Position numbers and translations under genes: made by a program. From an uncultured Nitrospiraceae bacterium (GTDB lineage: Bacteria; Nitrospirota; Thermodesulfovibrionia; Thermodesulfovibrionales; Dissulfurispiraceae), in contig CAVSHF010000003.1 in NCBI GenBank assembly GCA_963727805.1, forward strand, positions 928,001 to 992,000: 64,000 nt of DNA, given 5' to 3'. Numbering within the stretch: position 1 is the first letter of the stretch; every line of letters starts with the position of its first letter. This document shows, in pieces, positions 60,291-64,000 of this stretch. The notes below the pieces were generated by a model. The model was not told where the DNA came from, did no database searches, and saw only the letters and a program-made list of their open reading frames with translations.

Positions 60291-61790
60291 CTAAAACATT
60301 ACTTGAAAGCTGGCATTGAGAAGCCATTTAGTTTTCAACTGAATGCCGTTCAGGTCTTGATAGAGTGGAATACCTCCTTCAACTCCGATGCTGAAGGGAC
60401 CCTTTTGATAACTCACACCGATCAGTCCATCGAGTCGCTGGCCGCCATAGTTGTTGGGATCGGCATCTGGCATTGGCGCCCCTGTCATGGGATTCAGTAT
60501 CTCCTGGATCTGGGAATCCTGGCCCTTGATTCGCCCGGTATCGTTATAGGCAAGACGGAACGAGGGGGTAACGGGGTCTAAGGCACGCTGAATCCAACCG
60601 GTCACCTTGAAGTTGTCCCCGTAGCTCCAGCCCTCACCATTTTTTGCAGTATGCCAGGTGTACTGTGCTTGAGCGCCCCAGTTCCATTTAGCGTCGTCGC
60701 TGAGACCGTTGTAGGTAAGCGTGGGCTTGAGATCGTATGTGCCTGAACCAAGTTGCATATCATAAGGGGCGCGCAATTCCATGCCCATTACGTCTACTGT
60801 CTGCTTGATGCTGCCGGTCGGGAGGCTGAGACCGAGGCTGCCGACAAGATAGTTGTTGATCTTATACATACCTCTCAGCTCGGTGTCACCAAAACCGCTA
60901 GTGGACATAGGAGCGCTGGAGAAGGTGCCCATCATCGGGCCCATGTCCATTATCATTTTCATCTTGTTCGTCACATAACTCGTCATTGCCATCACGGTCA
61001 CACGGTCGGTGATCCCGTACATCGCCATCACCATTTGCATATCCATCGTCATGCTGGTTGGGATCATCATATAGTTATAAGGCCGGTTCCTCATAAAACC
61101 GACACTGCTATTCCCAGCGTTATTTGTCCCAGCGCGCAACCCCATCATGTCCATATGCATGAATGAGTAGTTAACCATCCACATGCCCGCTGGGTGGGTA
61201 TGGTATATGTGATCGCTGAAGGCTGGATTGAACAGCATTTGGGCGCCCGGGCCCATATCCATATGGCGCATATCATGAGCCATGTGCCCATGATGGTCGT
61301 GGTTCATCATCCCCGCCTTCGCAACATCGTCTTCAGCGGCCTTCAGCGCCTCATCAAAGGTGCTCACTTTGCCGCCGTATTCCTTCACGAAGGCCTGCGC
61401 TTCTTTCTCCTCTGCAAAAGCCCATTCCGCTAAATAAGTCATGACCCCCGGTTTACTGCCGCCAATGACCCAGGTTGCGGTCTTTACATCTATCAGCTTC
61501 GTTGTTGCATAATCGGCAACCATAATCGACTTGACCTGCTTGTTTTTGTTTTCGTTCATCTCCTCGGCTGCACAGTGGAGGCTGCAGAACCCCACCGTGG
61601 TCCCGTCGGCATAGACAATAAGCATCCGGCTCCTGACATAAACGTTCCGGTCCATCCCGCATACGTTGCAGGTCTTGGGATTCTCTATGGTGGCCGCCTC
61701 GTTGCCGGCAATTGATGTGCGCACGCAGAATAACTGAACAAGAATAAACATGACCGCAAAAGATGTTTTAAACTTTTTTAGTGGTTTCAT
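60291..61790 (-). CDS. NosL-like domain fused through a His/Met linker to an outer-membrane barrel (MetA-pathway/phenol-degradation-like transporter)
   Basis: C..CGM...FCS..C...V.DY...A.WV.G...M (NosL-like); HDHHGHMAHDMRHMDM linker; GFGD, LSLPTG, QLGSGT; terminal Phe. Confidence 0.8.
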   Translation of the reverse strand: MKPLKKFKTSFAVMFILVQLFCVRTSIAGNEAATIENPKTCNVCGMDRNVYVRSRMLIVYADGTTVGFCSLHCAAEEMNENKNKQVKSIMVADYATTKLIDVKTATWVIGGSKPGVMTYLAEWAFAEEKEAQAFVKEYGGKVSTFDEALKAAEDDVAKAGMMNHDHHGHMAHDMRHMDMGPGAQMLFNPAFSDHIYHTHPAGMWMVNYSFMHMDMMGLRAGTNNAGNSSVGFMRNRPYNYMMIPTSMTMDMQMVMAMYGITDRVTVMAMTSYVTNKMKMIMDMGPMMGTFSSAPMSTSGFGDTELRGMYKINNYLVGSLGLSLPTGSIKQTVDVMGMELRAPYDMQLGSGTYDLKPTLTYNGLSDDAKWNWGAQAQYTWHTAKNGEGWSYGDNFKVTGWIQRALDPVTPSFRLAYNDTGRIKGQDSQIQEILNPMTGAPMPDADPNNYGGQRLDGLIGVSYQKGPFSIGVEGGIPLYQDLNGIQLKTKWLLNASFQVMF

Positions 61791-61957
61791 GCTTCCCCCT
61801 TTTGTATCAGGCTAAAAGCCTTTATGATTCGTTGCTCTTCTTATTAAATTCGTTAGATTTCAACAAACTATCACTTGCAGTAGAACTACCGATTGACACA
61901 TCTCAACCCTGCGCCGCGCATATGTCACCTGGGCATTTCAGTCGAACTGTTTCGAAG

Positions 61958-62260
61958 TTAACTTGTTGATTCTGGGGGAGGGTATTCTTGAAAGACTATC
62001 AGTACAAGGCTAGGCGTTGAACTCAATGTAGTATGAGTTCCAGTAGAGTTCCATGGACCAAACAGCTCAGAATCGCCAATAACTGAGGAGGTGTCAATAA
62101 TTCTCTGAATCCCTGATGTCGGATGGCAGACTTCAAGCTTACCGATGTATCGTTCCGCTGGACTTATATGAATGTTGACGAGTCCAGTCGGCATTAGGGA
62201 AACTATGAGCACGATCAGGATTATTCCCGAAAGCAGTTTCACAGCATTTGCAATGTTCAA
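61958..62260 (-). CDS. Putative leader protein with LEVCH motif and C-terminal YPPPE (copy 2)
   Basis: TTG start; hydrophobic N-terminus, LEVCH and IVFQEYPPPESTS*. Confidence 0.7.
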   Translation of the reverse strand: MNIANAVKLLSGIILIVLIVSLMPTGLVNIHISPAERYIGKLEVCHPTSGIQRIIDTSSVIGDSELFGPWNSTGTHTTLSSTPSLVLIVFQEYPPPESTS

Positions 62261-62292
62261 AGGAACTCAGATATTTTCATTTGGATGACGCT

Positions 62293-62320
62293 AGCATATC
62301 ACATCCACGGAGAATATCAA
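62293..62320 (-). promoter_or_regulatory. Sigma70-like promoter TTGATA-N16-TATGCT with extended TG
   Basis: Paralogous to 60026-60053. Confidence 0.5.
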
Positions 62321-62478
62321 AAATATGCCGCAACCGGGATTGACATGAAGGCAAGGGTTAGTCTAACGAATAAGTATTTTTTAAAGGAGAAATGTTAGTA
62401 CATGAATATTCTGTTCATCTTCGGATTTCCCGCATATATAAATCTTTTTTATGGGCCGTGATTAAATTCGTTAGTACC

Positions 62479-62973
62479 TCAGTCCGACTTTTGGAATTCC
62501 AAGATGGGAATATGATATTTGCCATCTTGGAATTTCCCGGGAATTCTGATCGGGTAGCAGCCCCCAATTCCACTCTTTACTTCTGACACGCTATATGTCG
62601 TACCGCATTCCTTACAAGTAAAATGACCGCTACTAAAGGTGAAGCCAACCTTGGATTTACAGCTCACACATTTATCAAGAAAAGAAAGGACTTCGTTGTC
62701 GATTTTTATGACAAAGAAATTTATGTTCTCGTTCCCGGAATCATAAGTAAAGAATTGGGGAACATCGGGCTTCAGGCTTAGAACATCGATGTTCACCTCT
62801 TCGCCTGATACCGGCGCTTTCGAATAAATAGCATGCTTAGAGCAGGCAGCAAGAAGCATAAGGCATAGCAGTAAAAAATAGAGTCCCTTCTTAGCAAATG
62901 TCCTATTGGTTAATACTTGCTTTTTAAACGTGTGCATCTTAGAGAATCTTTTGAGCCTCATGTTAGTTTGCAT
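62479..62973 (-). CDS. DUF2318-like Cys-motif lipoprotein
   Basis: LAAC lipobox; FFVI...D.C..C...G......C..CG......GGC.P; start uncertain. Confidence 0.8.
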   Translation of the reverse strand: MQTNMRLKRFSKMHTFKKQVLTNRTFAKKGLYFLLLCLMLLAACSKHAIYSKAPVSGEEVNIDVLSLKPDVPQFFTYDSGNENINFFVIKIDNEVLSFLDKCVSCKSKVGFTFSSGHFTCKECGTTYSVSEVKSGIGGCYPIRIPGKFQDGKYHIPILEFQKSD

Positions 62974-63023
62974 AACCTCAAATGCAGCAGTTTCGGCATA
63001 TGTCTTTATATCTGCCCCATTGC

Positions 63024-63168
63024 CTAGTTCTTTTCATTATATCTTTGCTTCGTCTTAAGTAGAAGTTCCGCGGGTAGCCGGACCTCCTGATAGCAATGTA
63101 GGCAAGGGAGATCATTTCTCGGTAATATACCACTGTATAAAAAAATCATGAGTGTTATCGACTGACAT
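63024..63168 (-). pseudogene. 5' stub of a radical SAM gene with a frameshift in the CxxxCxxC motif
   Basis: GAGGA RBS, MSVDNTHDFFIQWYITEK[TGA], then in another frame DLPCLHCYQEVRLPAEL...*. Adding 2 nt at about 63113 restores FIQW.ITEKC.L.C.HCYQ. Confidence 0.75.
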
Positions 63169-63214
63169 GGTAATTCCTCATTTGAGAACATGGTGAGCTC
63201 TATTCGTTAATAAA

Positions 63215-63259
63215 GAAAGCAGATACGTGTGACTGAATCATTAGTACGTATCTGCTTTC
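63215..63259 (-). terminator. Intrinsic terminator between the peptide gene and the radical SAM stub
   Basis: 14-bp stem GAAAGCAGATACGT/ACGTATCTGCTTTC followed by TTTATT on the minus strand. Confidence 0.75.
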
Positions 63260-63270
63260 ATACTGCTTTG

Positions 63271-63287
63271 GCTGCCAACCTGGCAGC
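63271..63287 (-). promoter_or_regulatory. Candidate bacterial SECIS element
   Basis: 17-nt hairpin GCTGCCA-GGT-TGGCAGC with a GGU apical loop, starting 11 nt after TGA 63299-63301 and 20 nt after TGA 63308-63310. Confidence 0.7.
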
Positions 63288-63289
63288 GT

Positions 63290-63409
63290 TTAACTCTTTC
63301 AACTGCTTCACTTGCGGCATATCTTGCCCGGACTAGCAGTCGTTTTCTTGAGCCTGTCCCAGAGGGCTGCCTCTTGCGTGAGAACCTTAGTGCTCAATTC
63401 TTTCTTCAT
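63290..63409 (-). CDS. Putative selenocysteine-containing peptide MKKELSTKVLTQEAALWDRLKKTTASPGKICRKUSSUKS (RiPP-precursor-like)
   Basis: AGGAGGTG RBS; ATG 63409; in-frame TGA at codons 34 and 37 giving C-x-x-U-x-x-U; TAA at 63290-63292; SECIS-like hairpin downstream. Confidence 0.7.
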
Positions 63410-63884
63410 CCCGTCTTCACCTCCTCTCCGAATAATCGGATTTAGCATGCCAAATAACAGCCCAGTCAATCCTTGGGCAGTGAAATTATTAGAGCCGTAC
63501 AACTCGCTTCGGGCTGATAATCACTGCTTTAGGCACTTTCATCACCATTGCCGGATTAAAGTTATCCCTGTGCTTGTCATACAGCTCTTTATTTCTGCAA
63601 TGCATTCTGGGGGACCATAGCTCTTTTTACATTTGGGTTCTTCCACGGATGCTTCAGGCTTCCCTCTCGCTGCTAAGGGCTTGCTCACCACATCCGACAC
63701 TCAGTCCCTTTCTCGTCATTGTTCCTATGGCTAACCCAAGAATGACATTGCAAGTCCTTCTTGATTGAAGCATAGCCCTAACACAAGAGAAATTAAATCA
63801 GACAAAAGCTAATTTTGTAGTCAGTCTTGTCCTACAAAGGAAATCGGGCAACAAATACAAAACTGTCTGCCTTCTTCAATGCAA

Positions 63885-64000
63885 TCATCTTTTTTGACCT
63901 TGGAAGTCCTCTTTGGTCTGTCTCACTTCAGCATGATGATGAATATTGAAGCTTTTGATCGGAAATGCACGTCTAACATCTTCAAGTCCTTCGAAAGGAG
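63885..64000 (-). CDS. Possible 3' end of a gene entering from beyond the window
   Basis: Open frame ...PFEGLEDVRRAFPIKSFNIHHHAEVRQTKEDFQGQKR*; no family recognised. Confidence 0.4.
   Translation of the reverse strand, partial: PFEGLEDVRRAFPIKSFNIHHHAEVRQTKEDFQGQKR

Noticed and set aside
4276..61662. Numerous long antisense or overlapping ORFs in the track (e.g. 4276-4947, 26381-27049, 30575-31306, 57894-58415)
   Set aside because: They are shadows of better-supported genes on another strand or frame and carry no recognisable motifs.
63308..63502. The track's 64-aa version of the peptide ORF
   Set aside because: The strong RBS lies inside it, just before ATG 63409; the upstream extension runs through hairpin sequence.
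1..64000. CRISPR array, rRNA, prophage, integrase or intact transposase
   Set aside because: No regularly spaced repeats or hallmark genes were seen by eye.

Overview
A 64-kb bacterial accessory region of moderate GC. Gene content suggests an anaerobe such as Nitrospirota/Thermodesulfovibrionia or a deltaproteobacterium; this is inference only, since no marker gene is present. In order it holds: redox/stress genes (DUF1499, ABM, AKR, DUF3455, pirin, dienelactone hydrolase); PAS histidine kinases, an MCP/CheW pair and a NarL-type two-component pair; a group 1 [NiFe]-hydrogenase operon (small, large, cytochrome b, protease); rhodanese/PHP/phosphoglycerate-mutase-like genes; Spy and TonB-ExbBD; a GT2/TMTC-like/PAP2 trio; a Tat-AKR/DUF6599/DUF362/polyferredoxin operon; HU; and an ~11-kb copper-handling island. 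The strongest signals are missing from the ORF track. (1) A 39-codon peptide with two in-frame UGAs (CRK-U-SS-U), a textbook bacterial SECIS hairpin 11 nt after the second UGA, a terminator and then a broken radical-SAM gene: a candidate seleno-RiPP locus. (2) A 121-nt tRNA-Sec-shaped RNA with a Cys anticodon (GCA), U73 and a very long variable arm, just upstream of the hydrogenase. (3) Two paralogous promoter-plus-leader-ORF cassettes ending in YPPPE, each heading a copper transcription unit, which look like metal-responsive arrest peptides. There are also several gene stubs (ligD, perR/katA, Fe-S protein, radical SAM) and an orphan IS200/IS605 right end. All calls come from reading the sequence; no searches were run.
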